Below the pieces are notes generated by a model. That model saw only the letters and a list, made by a program, of their open reading frames with translations, ran no database searches and was not told where the DNA came from. 64,000 nucleotides of DNA, taken from the NCBI GenBank assembly GCA_024641545.1, contig JAHECW010000001.1:558-64557 (forward strand), written 5' to 3'. Each line of letters starts with the position of its first letter. Within the stretch, counting starts at the first letter, position 1. The translations under genes and the position numbers were made by a program. The DNA is from Acidobacteriota bacterium. Its GTDB lineage: Bacteria; Acidobacteriota; Thermoanaerobaculia; Thermoanaerobaculales; Sulfomarinibacteraceae. This document shows, piece after piece, positions 36,262 to 45,418 of the stretch.

Positions 36262-38670
36262 TCAAAAGGTGTAGCGGACACCCACCGAAGGGATGATCGG
36301 CATCCACCGTCGGTAGGTGGGATGAGCGGTCACCGACCCGTCGTCTCCGACCTCGAACTCGACATCGTCGAGACAGCAAAAATTTTTGGTGTTGAACAGG
36401 TTGAGGATCTCGATCACCAGGGCGAGGTCGCCCCGTTGGACCGAGAAGTCCTTGGTCGCCCGCACGTCGAACCGGTGGTAGGCGGGCAGGCGAGCGCCGT
36501 TGCGCGGACCGAGGATGGTATTGACCTCTATCCCGCCGCCGGGACCGACCACGACCTCGCCCGTCACCTCGGTGGTCGGCCAGCCGGTTCGCCAGGTACC
36601 GGCGAAGTTCAGGTTCCAGCGCCGGGGCAGGGCCAGATTGAGCCCGACGGTTGCGGCGTGGCGCTGGTCCCAGTTCCGCGGCTGCCAGTCGGCGTCGATC
36701 CGGTCCTCGGCTACGGCCAGAACGTAGCTGAACCACCAGCTCAGCCGGCCTCCGGTGTCGCGTTTGACGACGACTTCCAAACCGCGGGCACGACCCCGAT
36801 CGGGATCGACGAGGGTCCGGTCCGGCAGCGCCTCTGGGAAGAGGTCGATGGGGTTGAGGAGGTTTTCGTACCGCGGCCGGAGGTGGGACAGGTTCTTCTG
36901 GAAGACCTCGAAGCGGAGCCCGGTCCCGTTGTCGTATCGGTGTTCGAGACCGGCGAGCCAGTGCTCGGCCCGCTGCGCCGGGAAGAACTCGGTAACGCCG
37001 TCCTCGACCTGGAGCTCGTTGAGACGCTGACTCTGGTGGAACCGTCCCCACGCTGCCCGCAGCGCGGTGCGGGGGCCGAGCGAGTACAGCACGTTGACCC
37101 GCGGGCTCAGTTGGTTGTCGTCGATCCAGGTCTGGCGATCCCAACGCAGACCGAGTTCGATCACGAGCGGTGGCAGCGGCCGGAACCGTTCGGCGGCATA
37201 CAGGCCGAATGCCCACCCCTCAGGTTCGAGATCGACGGTGGTTTCGGTCGGGTCGGGCGGCGGCTGGGGACCGGCTTCGGTCTGGCTTCGCAGGTAGTCG
37301 TAGAACGACTCCTGGTGGGTGACGTCGATGCCCCACTTGAGGAGATGATTCTGATTGAGATCGTAGGTCCAGTCCTGCCGCAGATCGGCGAAGTCGAAGG
37401 AGCGCCGGTCGTCGATGCTGAGGTCACCCCGCTCCGAGTCCGCCAAGCCTCCGACGCGGTGCCGGGTCAATCGCCCACTGCCGAGCACGGTCTGCGAGGA
37501 GAGCCGCTCGGTCCATGTTGTACGAAGGTTGAACCAGAGATGGGCGCTGTCGTACTTCGCCGTTACCTCCTCGAAGCCTTCGACATCCTCGGTTCGGTAG
37601 CCGAGATCGTCGAAGGCCATCAAGAGATCGGCCGACAGGGTCGAGCGCGAACCCACCGAGTGCTCGATCTTGGCGAAGAGATCGTAGTACTCCGTCGATA
37701 TCCAGTCGCTGGTGATGTCGACGAGGTTGGGCAGGAAATCCGGGTACCAGGCCCGGGCGCTGACCAGCCATGATCCCTCACCCTCGTCGAACAGGCCCTG
37801 CGAGACCACGCCGGCGTTCATCGTGCTCGCAACGAGAGCCGTGGACGTCGGCCCCGACGGAGTCGCCACCGAGATGTCCATGACACCGCTCATGCGGTCG
37901 CCGAACTCCACCGGGAAACCGCCGGTCAGGAGATCGACGCTGCCCACCGCAGCCGAGTCGATGACGCTGAAGACATTCTGGAAATCCTTGAGATGGAACG
38001 GCTCGTAGAGCTCGGCGCCGTCCAGGAGCACCAGCAGCTCCCCCTGCTCGCCGCCCCTGACGTTGAAGCTCGCCGAGTAGTCGCCTCCCGCCATACCGGG
38101 CAGCCGCCGCACCGCCCGGTAGAGATCGTCGGCCAGATGGGGCATCTGCTCGACCTCGTTTCGGCTCAGGAACTGTCGCGCCTCCGGCCTCTCCTCGAGA
38201 ATCGTGAAGCGGCTCGGCGTCACCACCACCTCGGCGAGAAATATCGGATTGGGGATGGTTGGCTCGGCGGCAACGGGTCCGCTGTCTGAGTCGGCGTTCG
38301 TCGACTCATGACCGGGGGCTGCAGCCGCGACGATGACGATGATGCCGCCCGCCGCCTCCCGGCTGACCAAATCGTGCGGCTCGAGGATCTCATCCAGAAG
38401 TTTGCGGGGATCGGATGCTCGCGGTTCGTTCTCGACGATCATCCCGGGCCTGACCACGGCGGTGGAGTAGACGATCTTCAGACCACCGGTCTGGAGCTCC
38501 CGAAGCACGTCCTCGAGCGACCGCCCGGAGTACGGCGGCGTCGCCCCGACCGACCCGACCACCGCGACCGCCGTGATGAGTGTGGCTGTCGTGAATCGAC
38601 CGAAGAAACGACCGCCGAGCTTCAATATCCCATGCCTGTCACGGTCACATCTTAACCGCGGTCGCTTCAT
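36262..38670 (-). CDS. TonB-dependent receptor with N-terminal STN signalling domain (FecA-type transducer)
   Basis: STN-like SLEDVLRELQTGGLKIVYSTAVV...LLDEILEPHDLV. Plug EVVVTPSRF...VRRLPGM...NVRGGEQGELLVLLDG. Terminus VGVRYTF. Start moved to MKRPRL (38670). Confidence 0.85.
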   Translation of the reverse strand: MKRPRLRCDRDRHGILKLGGRFFGRFTTATLITAVAVVGSVGATPPYSGRSLEDVLRELQTGGLKIVYSTAVVRPGMIVENEPRASDPRKLLDEILEPHDLVSREAAGGIIVIVAAAAPGHESTNADSDSGPVAAEPTIPNPIFLAEVVVTPSRFTILEERPEARQFLSRNEVEQMPHLADDLYRAVRRLPGMAGGDYSASFNVRGGEQGELLVLLDGAELYEPFHLKDFQNVFSVIDSAAVGSVDLLTGGFPVEFGDRMSGVMDISVATPSGPTSTALVASTMNAGVVSQGLFDEGEGSWLVSARAWYPDFLPNLVDITSDWISTEYYDLFAKIEHSVGSRSTLSADLLMAFDDLGYRTEDVEGFEEVTAKYDSAHLWFNLRTTWTERLSSQTVLGSGRLTRHRVGGLADSERGDLSIDDRRSFDFADLRQDWTYDLNQNHLLKWGIDVTHQESFYDYLRSQTEAGPQPPPDPTETTVDLEPEGWAFGLYAAERFRPLPPLVIELGLRWDRQTWIDDNQLSPRVNVLYSLGPRTALRAAWGRFHQSQRLNELQVEDGVTEFFPAQRAEHWLAGLEHRYDNGTGLRFEVFQKNLSHLRPRYENLLNPIDLFPEALPDRTLVDPDRGRARGLEVVVKRDTGGRLSWWFSYVLAVAEDRIDADWQPRNWDQRHAATVGLNLALPRRWNLNFAGTWRTGWPTTEVTGEVVVGPGGGIEVNTILGPRNGARLPAYHRFDVRATKDFSVQRGDLALVIEILNLFNTKNFCCLDDVEFEVGDDGSVTAHPTYRRWMPIIPSVGVRYTF

Positions 38671-38780
38671 TGATTGCCGGGGGTCAAGGCAAACGCACGA
38701 GCCGACCGCCCGATGCGGTCCCCTCCCAACTTGCCGCGAAGGATTCTCAAACGATTTCGACACCTACACGAAAGCAGTCG

Positions 38781-40349
38781 ATGGCCACTGCCGGTGTGGC
38801 GCAGTCGAGGGCCTCCACAGGATCGGGTGCTGATCGCGGACGGAGGAGAGATTTGGAACGGAAACTACTGCTGGTGCTGTGCCTGGGACTTCTCGTCCGG
38901 ATGGTCGTCGGCGCGGTGCTGCCGATCACCGATCCGACCGAGGGACGATACGCCCTGATTGCCCAGGAGATGGCGGCGTCGGGCGACTGGGTGACGCCGA
39001 GATTGTGGATCGAGGGCGAGCAGGTGCCGTATCTCGGGAAACCGCCGCTCTTCTTCTGGGCGACCGCCCTGAGTCTTCGCCTTCTCGGAGCGTCCGAGTT
39101 CGCGCTGCGCCTGCCGGCGATGATCGCAGCCACAGCTCTTCTGGCTTTGATGTTTCTTGTGTTGAAGCGCTCGCATGGCACACCCATCGCGGCCACCGGG
39201 GTGGTCATCACGGCAACAACAGGCCTGGTGTTCTTCCTGTTTGCAGCGGTGATCATCGACCTCCAGCTGATGCTGTTTACTGCCGGCGCCGTTTTCGCCC
39301 ATTTTTCTTTTGTTCAAACGCCGGACGATGGTTCGAGGAAATGGTGGAGCCTGCTGGTCTTCGCGCTGCTCGCCGGGGGCTTGATGACCAAGGGTCCGGT
39401 GGCCATCGCTCTCTTCGCCCTGCCCGTCGGAATCTGGACCGCGGTGCACGGAAAGTGGGCGGCGCTGCGCGCCCACGAATGGATCGCCGGCAGCGTACTG
39501 TTCTCGGCCATGGTTGTTCCGTGGTTCGTTCTCGCGGAAATCCGCAACCCCGGCTTTCTCCACTATTTCCTCGTCAACGAAAACCTGCTGCGCTTTCTGA
39601 GCACCGGATACGGCGACCGCTACGGGATCGGTCATGCCGTGCCGCGCGGATCGGCCGTCCTGATGTTCGTCCTGGGCACCCTGCCGTGGGCTCCGATCGC
39701 GATCTGGGTCGTGGTCAAGCGTCGTTGGGAGGTCGTCCGGTCGACCCTGCAAGACGAGGGCTCGTCCCTGTTTTTCATCGGATTTCTCTCGATCGTCGTC
39801 TTCTGGAGCCTCGCTCGCCAGGTGCTCCCGACCTATGTCTTGCCCGCGATTCCGCTGTTCGGGGCATGGCTTGCCTGCGAGTTGAAACACTCGGAGTTTC
39901 CGGTTCGTACGCTGCGCTCCGTGACAACGGGAACCGTTGCGGCCTGGTGCCTGGTGCTGTGCGCCGCCGCGCCCATCACCGCATCCAGGTCGACCCGCCA
40001 CGTCCTTGCCGAGACCACCCGCGTGCTCGGCACCGGGGTCGGCTCCACTGAGATTGTGTTTGCCGGGCGAGCCCCGCACTCTGCGTTCTTCTACGCCCCT
40101 GATCGGATCACCCAGCGTTCCCCTGAGACGATCCGTGATTCGCTGCGTCGGTTCCTCTCCGCCGGCGACGGGAGTCTCCTCATCATCCGTGACCGTGAGT
40201 GGGAGAACCTGTCCAAGAATGGTCTCCCCCTCGTTCGTTTCCTGCTCGAGGTGCCGGGGTGGAAGGTCATCGAGTCGGCGACCGGGAATCGAAACGCCCA
40301 TCACGCAGGCGTCGACGCCGAACCTTCCTTGCCGCGGGGCGCGAGCTAG
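38781..40349 (+). CDS. Glycosyltransferase family 39 (ArnT / PMT_2-like) integral membrane protein
   Basis: DPTEGRYALIAQEMAASGDWVTPRLW...YLGKPPLFFW, typical of ArnT/PMT_2. Many TM segments. Start moved from 38670 to ATG 38781. Confidence 0.8.
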   Translation: MATAGVAQSRASTGSGADRGRRRDLERKLLLVLCLGLLVRMVVGAVLPITDPTEGRYALIAQEMAASGDWVTPRLWIEGEQVPYLGKPPLFFWATALSLRLLGASEFALRLPAMIAATALLALMFLVLKRSHGTPIAATGVVITATTGLVFFLFAAVIIDLQLMLFTAGAVFAHFSFVQTPDDGSRKWWSLLVFALLAGGLMTKGPVAIALFALPVGIWTAVHGKWAALRAHEWIAGSVLFSAMVVPWFVLAEIRNPGFLHYFLVNENLLRFLSTGYGDRYGIGHAVPRGSAVLMFVLGTLPWAPIAIWVVVKRRWEVVRSTLQDEGSSLFFIGFLSIVVFWSLARQVLPTYVLPAIPLFGAWLACELKHSEFPVRTLRSVTTGTVAAWCLVLCAAAPITASRSTRHVLAETTRVLGTGVGSTEIVFAGRAPHSAFFYAPDRITQRSPETIRDSLRRFLSAGDGSLLIIRDREWENLSKNGLPLVRFLLEVPGWKVIESATGNRNAHHAGVDAEPSLPRGAS

Positions 40350-40371
40350 CAAGGCTCGACGACGAGCGACC

Positions 40372-40386
40372 GAGGCGTGACGCCTC
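40372..40386. terminator. Short hairpin GAGGCG-TGA-CGCCTC between convergent genes
   Basis: Perfect 6-bp stem in the 44-nt gap between the stops at 40349 and 40394. No U-run. Confidence 0.3.
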
Positions 40387-40393
40387 ATCGGGG

Positions 40394-42136
40394 TCAGGGA
40401 GTCGTCACCGTCCAGCCAGCGGTGTCGCCCCACTCGAACCCATCCTCGAAGATCCCCCAGAGACTCCGTTGAGCGGAGTTGAGAATCGCCCGGTCCTCGG
40501 TGTTCCCGGCGTCGTACGCGCTCACCAGGCCGATGAGCTCGATTCGGGTTTCGTCGTATTCGGCGGAGAGCGTGAAATTGTACTGGAGAGTGAACACGTC
40601 GCCGTCTCCGACGGAGGGCGGGATGATCCCCGCCGTTCCCCAGGTCCCGCCGAGCATGGCACGCAGGGTCCGGTCGTGCACGAAACCGATGATCGGATCC
40701 CCCGCCCCGTAGTACGGGTGCGTCGGATCGGTGTCGTAGTAGTTTGTCTGGTCGTAACCCGGCCCTGATCCGGTGACGCCGTCCTCGACGACCCAGAGGT
40801 TGAAGCGAAGGTCTCCGGGGGCGTCGCCGAAGAACTCGGCTCGGACCGTCGCGAAGATCTCCCTCGTCGCCGGCTGGTAGGTGATATCGACCAGCGAAAC
40901 CGAGACCGGGACGATGTGGTGCAGCCGCTCGCCGGCCCGGTCGTTCCACAAAGCGCGGCTCAAAGAGACCGATGGCAGATCGGGGAACCGGTAGATATCG
41001 ATCAGGCCGGTCGGGTATCCGGCGATGTAGGTCGAATTGAGCTCTTCCCCTTCTGCGAAGCTCATCTCGTCGGTGTTGTGGACCGAGACACCGATGAGGT
41101 TGCCGTACAGGTCGAGAGCCTGTTCCAGCTTGATATACCCGTCCGGGCAGAATCCGCACCAGGCGCCGGTGTGATTCGTCAGAATCGCCTTCTTGGGCGG
41201 AACCCGCGAAACGGTGATGACTTCGGAAGTAGCGAGGTTGTTGGCGGTGTTGACGTCGGGTGCACCGTTGACCGCCGTGATCCACATCTCGATCTGGTAG
41301 GTTTCCACCGCGGCCAGCTGGGCCGGAACCGGATGGACGAACTCATGACGGTCGCCGGTGCCCAGAGCGAGACCGAGGAGCGTCCCGGCCTCGATCGGAC
41401 CGCCGTTGATCCGGTACGCCACGCCGACCGAGGTGATGACGTTCGACCCCTGGTTGCTGATGACGCCTTCGAGATCGACGGTCCCCGTGGGCAGATGGCC
41501 GGAGGTCAGGACCTCGTCCATCGCTCCATCGGTCGCCGGAGTGGTCGAGACGAGCACATCATCCACCGCGAAACCATCCGCCCAGAAACCGTTGTCGTCG
41601 TGGTGGAACCCGATCTCGACGATGGTGCTCGTCGTGAAGGCCGACAGATCGACGACGCCCTCGGTCCAATCCGCCGCCGGTGGAACTATCGCCGCGACGA
41701 CCCACGGGCCGCCGTTGACTCGAATCTCCACCGTGCCGACCGATCCGTAGGTGGCGGGCTGGACATAGGAGAAGTGCAACCCGACACCGGTGCCCGCCCA
41801 GGCGAGAAGGTCGATCGGCGGCGAGATCAGGTAGTCCAGATCCGCGAGGTTCGCGGTTGCCGAGCTGTCATCGTGCGCATCGTCGTTCGAAACCGCGTAG
41901 CGGCCGTGCGCCGAGATCGGGAAATACTGTGAGCCGAGGTCGGTACCGAACTCCCACCCGACCGATGGCGTGTTCTGGCTGGTCGACCACCCTGACGGCG
42001 GCGATCCCGCCTCGAAGTCCTGGGACAGCAACACGATTTGGGCCTGCGCCGTCGAGCCGAACACCAACCCAACGATGAAGATCATTCCGTGCAGCAGCGC
42101 TCGCATTCCGGCCTCCCTGGTTCGTTGTTTCGTCAT
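40394..42136 (-). CDS. Secreted protein with a choice-of-anchor-J/MAM-like N-domain, an Omp28-related thioredoxin-motif domain and the C-terminal tag
   Basis: Signal peptide ...IFIVGLVFGSTAQA. N-domain QDFEAGSPPSGWSTS...W. HTGAWCGFCPDG (Omp28-related / thioredoxin-like CxxC). C-terminus IFEDGFEWGDTAGWTVTTP. GGAG RBS before ATG 42136. Confidence 0.6.
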   Translation of the reverse strand: MTKQRTREAGMRALLHGMIFIVGLVFGSTAQAQIVLLSQDFEAGSPPSGWSTSQNTPSVGWEFGTDLGSQYFPISAHGRYAVSNDDAHDDSSATANLADLDYLISPPIDLLAWAGTGVGLHFSYVQPATYGSVGTVEIRVNGGPWVVAAIVPPAADWTEGVVDLSAFTTSTIVEIGFHHDDNGFWADGFAVDDVLVSTTPATDGAMDEVLTSGHLPTGTVDLEGVISNQGSNVITSVGVAYRINGGPIEAGTLLGLALGTGDRHEFVHPVPAQLAAVETYQIEMWITAVNGAPDVNTANNLATSEVITVSRVPPKKAILTNHTGAWCGFCPDGYIKLEQALDLYGNLIGVSVHNTDEMSFAEGEELNSTYIAGYPTGLIDIYRFPDLPSVSLSRALWNDRAGERLHHIVPVSVSLVDITYQPATREIFATVRAEFFGDAPGDLRFNLWVVEDGVTGSGPGYDQTNYYDTDPTHPYYGAGDPIIGFVHDRTLRAMLGGTWGTAGIIPPSVGDGDVFTLQYNFTLSAEYDETRIELIGLVSAYDAGNTEDRAILNSAQRSLWGIFEDGFEWGDTAGWTVTTP

Positions 42137-42311
42137 TTCTCTCCACCTCACTCTTCTCTATCGATGGAAACCGTCGGAATCCTCACCGCGGGATCAGCGA
42201 AGTTGCAGTATCGCGCCGGTCGACGGGGGGTTGAGAAATCGAGGAACGGCCGGGCGCCCGGGAACTTCGTTCGGTGTGATTCAACGTTGCGTCGAACGGC
42301 CGCGGGCGGGC

Positions 42312-42330
42312 CGGCTCGAGCTTCGAGCCG
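42312..42330 (-). terminator. 8-bp stem hairpin just after the ArsB/YbiR-like gene
   Basis: CGGCTCGA-GCT-TCGAGCCG lies 10 nt past the stop at 42340. No U-run. Confidence 0.3.
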
Positions 42331-42339
42331 CCGTGCCGG

Positions 42340-43581
42340 TCAGAGCCGCAACCAGACGGCGGCGATACCGAGGGTGAGGAGCGTGACCGGAACGCCGACC
42401 CTCGCGTGCTGCCTCCAACCGATCACCACCCCGAGCCGCGCCGCCTGGTCGACGACGATCAGGTTGGCGATGCTGCCCACGAGGAGCAGATTCCCCGCGA
42501 GCGTCGAGGCGAGGGCGAGGACCGTCCCGGCTTCGGGGCCGGATGCGACGGGCAGCAGGAGCATCACCGCCGGCACGTTGGACACCACGTTGGAAAGCAC
42601 GACGGTGACCGGCATCAGCCACTCGGGAGAGCTCAGGTCGATCCCCAGGCGCGCGAGGTCGTCGAGAAGCACCGCCACCAGGCCGGAGCTCTCGAGGGCG
42701 TACTGCACCACGAAAAGGCCGACAAAGAGCACCAGCAGGTGCCAGTCGACGAACCCGAGCACGTCTCTCGATCTCATCCTCCGACTGGCCAGGAGCAGAC
42801 CCGCGGCGGCGAGCGCCGCCGCCTCGCGCGGCACCGGCGCAAAGAGGAAGATCGCGACCAGGCCCAACACCACCACGATTCCCTTGGCGCTCTGCCAGCG
42901 GTCGAAGCGCGGAATCTCGGTCTCGATTTCCCGTGGAGCGCAGCTCCACCGCCCGCGGTAGGCGGCAGCGACGACCAGCCAGACGACGAGGCAACCGAGC
43001 ACGGCGGGCGGCAGGGCATCGCCGAGGTAGTCGACGAAGGAGAGCCCGAGCTTCTGCCCGATGAGCATGTTCTGCGGGTTGCCGATCAGGGTGGCCGCCG
43101 AGCCGACGTTGGCGGCGCAGGCGAGCCCGAGCAGGTGCGGCACGGGATCGAGGCCGCGGCGCAGGCAACCGGCGACGAGCAGCGGCGTCATGGCGAGGCA
43201 GACGATGTCGTTGGCGAGCACGGCGGAAAGGATTCCCGCGGTGGCGACCACCAGTCCGAGCAGGACCGCCGGTGACGCCTCGACCGTCGCGAGGCGCCGG
43301 GTGACCTCGCTGTAGAACCCGCCGAGCCTGAGTTGAGCCGACACCACCATGAGCCCGAAGAGCAGCGACATGGTCGCGACGTCCACCGCGCCCGCGGCCT
43401 GATCGGGGGTGACGACACCCGTTGCAACCAGGGCGATGGCGCCGAGCAGGGCGATCCCGGTCCGGTCGAGGGCGAGGCGCGGCAGACGGCCGAGGATCAT
43501 CCCGAAGTAGACGACGGCGAAAACGGCGACCACAACCCAGTTCACGACAACGAGTGTGCTCCGGGCGACCACCGAAGGCAA
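42340..43581 (-). CDS. ArsB/NhaD-superfamily anion transporter (YbiR-like)
   Basis: 413 aa, polytopic. Motifs IGNPQNMLI and NVVSNVPAVMLL. Confidence 0.75.
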   Translation of the reverse strand: MPSVVARSTLVVVNWVVVAVFAVVYFGMILGRLPRLALDRTGIALLGAIALVATGVVTPDQAAGAVDVATMSLLFGLMVVSAQLRLGGFYSEVTRRLATVEASPAVLLGLVVATAGILSAVLANDIVCLAMTPLLVAGCLRRGLDPVPHLLGLACAANVGSAATLIGNPQNMLIGQKLGLSFVDYLGDALPPAVLGCLVVWLVVAAAYRGRWSCAPREIETEIPRFDRWQSAKGIVVVLGLVAIFLFAPVPREAAALAAAGLLLASRRMRSRDVLGFVDWHLLVLFVGLFVVQYALESSGLVAVLLDDLARLGIDLSSPEWLMPVTVVLSNVVSNVPAVMLLLPVASGPEAGTVLALASTLAGNLLLVGSIANLIVVDQAARLGVVIGWRQHARVGVPVTLLTLGIAAVWLRL

Positions 43582-43644
43582 GGCGGCGACCGCGGGTTCG
43601 GATCGAGGGGGGGTCCGACGGTCCGTGGTGTGTCACAATGCGCC

Positions 43645-45111
43645 GTGCCGCACCGCCTCGCCGCCGTCGATCTCGCCATCGTCGCCGCCTACCTCGGAGG
43701 GATGGTCGTGGTCGGCGTTCTGGTGGCGCGCCGGATCCGCGGTTTCCGCGACTACTTCATCGCCGGCGGCCGCATGACGACGCCGCTGCTGGTCTGCACT
43801 CTGGTGTCGACCTACTACGGCCTCGACGTCACGTTCGGCAGCTCGGAGACGTCGTTCTACGAGGGGCTGGCGGCATTCTTCGCCTACTCGGCTCCGTTCT
43901 ACCTGTTCTACGTTCTCACCGCGGTGCTGGTGGCGCCGCGGCTCAAACGTCTGGACGCGCTGTCGCTGCCGGAGGCGATGGGCAATGCCTACGGCCCGGT
44001 GGCCCGGGTCGCGGCGGCGACGGCGTCGTTCGTCTACAGCGCGCCGATCCTCGGCGTCGCCGGGATGGGCCTCATCGGCGCGGTCTTTTTCGGGATCGAA
44101 CCGTGGCAGGGGTGCGTCATCGGCGGCGCGGTTGCGGTCGGCTACACCGTCCTCGGCGGGCTTCTCGCCGACGCGCTCACCGACGCCGTGCAGTTCCTGG
44201 TGATGTGCGGGACGGCGGCGGTGTCGGCGGTCGTCATGCTCAACACCGTCGGCGGTCCGGAGGCGATCGGCGCGCGGCTCGGGCCTGAGGCGCTGGCGCC
44301 CTTCGGCACGCTCAGCTCGTGGGAGGTCGTGGTCTTCGCCTGCGTCGCCATGACGCCCCTGGTCGAACCCGCCTTCTACCAGCGGACCTTCGCCGCGGTC
44401 AGCGCCCGCCAGGTGGTCAAGGCTCTGCTCATCGGCACCGTCCTCTGGGCGAGCTACGACTGGCTGGTCGTGTACCTGGGTCTCGCCGGGCGCGACCTAG
44501 TCGCCGCCGGCCGGCTGCCCGCCGATATGGACGGCTCGGCCGTCCTCCTCCACGTCGCGGCCGTCACCCTGCCGCCCGGATTGCTCGGACTCTTCGTGGC
44601 CGGCTGCCTGGCGGCGGCGATGTCGACCATCGACTCCTACGCCCTGATCGCCGCCGGCAACGTCGTCTACGACGGCTGGCAGGCGGCGACCGGCCGCCGC
44701 CTCAGCGACCGCACCCTGCTGCTCGCCACCCGAATCCTCGTTGTGGTGACGATGGCCGCCGCAGTGGGGCTGGCGATGCTCTTCGAGCGGCTGCGCGACG
44801 CCTGGATCTTCATGTCGACGGTTCTGTTGTCGACGGTGCTGTGGCCGATGCTGGCGGTGCTTTTCGCGCCGCGTTTGGCGACCCGGCGGGCCGGCCGGTG
44901 GAGCGCGCTGGCCGGATTGGCGACCTCGCTCGCCTTTTTCGTCGCCTTCCAGACGATTGGCGCGCCGACCCCGGACGGCTCGATGGCGTTCGTGGTTCCC
45001 GGTGCCGGCGTAGCGGTTCAGCGCGAATCGGCGATGCTGGTCACCCTGCCGGTCGCGTTGCTGGCTTTCGCGGCAGGGGCTGCGGCGGACCGGTGGAGGG
45101 CGCGGCGATGA
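43645..45111 (+). CDS. Sodium:solute symporter (SSS) family transporter
   Basis: Polytopic: DLAIVAAYLGGMVVVGVLVARR...DYFIAGGRMT.... No in-frame ATG near the N-terminus, so a GTG at 43645 (or 43630) is assumed. The start is uncertain. Confidence 0.6.
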   Translation: MPHRLAAVDLAIVAAYLGGMVVVGVLVARRIRGFRDYFIAGGRMTTPLLVCTLVSTYYGLDVTFGSSETSFYEGLAAFFAYSAPFYLFYVLTAVLVAPRLKRLDALSLPEAMGNAYGPVARVAAATASFVYSAPILGVAGMGLIGAVFFGIEPWQGCVIGGAVAVGYTVLGGLLADALTDAVQFLVMCGTAAVSAVVMLNTVGGPEAIGARLGPEALAPFGTLSSWEVVVFACVAMTPLVEPAFYQRTFAAVSARQVVKALLIGTVLWASYDWLVVYLGLAGRDLVAAGRLPADMDGSAVLLHVAAVTLPPGLLGLFVAGCLAAAMSTIDSYALIAAGNVVYDGWQAATGRRLSDRTLLLATRILVVVTMAAAVGLAMLFERLRDAWIFMSTVLLSTVLWPMLAVLFAPRLATRRAGRWSALAGLATSLAFFVAFQTIGAPTPDGSMAFVVPGAGVAVQRESAMLVTLPVALLAFAAGAAADRWRARR

Positions 45112-45257
45112 TGACCGCTGTGACCTGGATCGCCGTCGTCGTGCTCGGGGTCGGCTCGGTGGGCGTTTTCGCGTTCTTTTTACGCGACCTCCCCAAGATC
45201 ATGCCGGAGCGCCGTGACAGGAACGATCCCAAACGCGAATCCCGGCACGCGGAGTGA
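45108..45257 (+). CDS. Putative small single-TM protein translationally coupled to the SSS transporter
   Basis: ATGATGA junction: ATG at 45108 overlaps the TGA at 45109-45111. Translation MMTAVTWIAVVVLGVGSVGVFAFFLRDLPKIMPERRDRNDPKRESRHAE has one TM and a basic tail. Confidence 0.4.
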   Translation: MMTAVTWIAVVVLGVGSVGVFAFFLRDLPKIMPERRDRNDPKRESRHAE

Positions 45258-45418
45258 CGGTGATGCACCCGCAGGTGAGGGCCGCGAACCGGTCTTGGTG
45301 GTACTGCCGGCCGCCGGTGGAATCACGGCGAGCGTTCCAGCGAGAACGAACACCGTCCATGCCGTCGCCAGGACAGTGTGGAAAGAAACGACGCCGTACC
45401 GTCTCCTCGGGAGTTCGC

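Noticed and set aside
36262-36285. Hairpin TGACC-CCG-GGTCA overlapping the TonB-transducer stop codon, considered as a terminator separating it from the sigma factor gene.
   Set aside because: The stem is only 5 bp with a 3-nt loop and no U-run, which is too weak to call.
29692-38745. Shared 8-mer TGAGAATC upstream of the small-paralog operon (29692) and, on the minus strand, upstream of the STN-TonB gene (~38735). I considered it as a common ECF-dependent promoter element.
   Set aside because: The same or nearly the same string also occurs inside coding sequence (for example near 35020 and 40470). An 8-mer match is within chance expectation for a 64-kb window, and no consistent -10 partner was seen.
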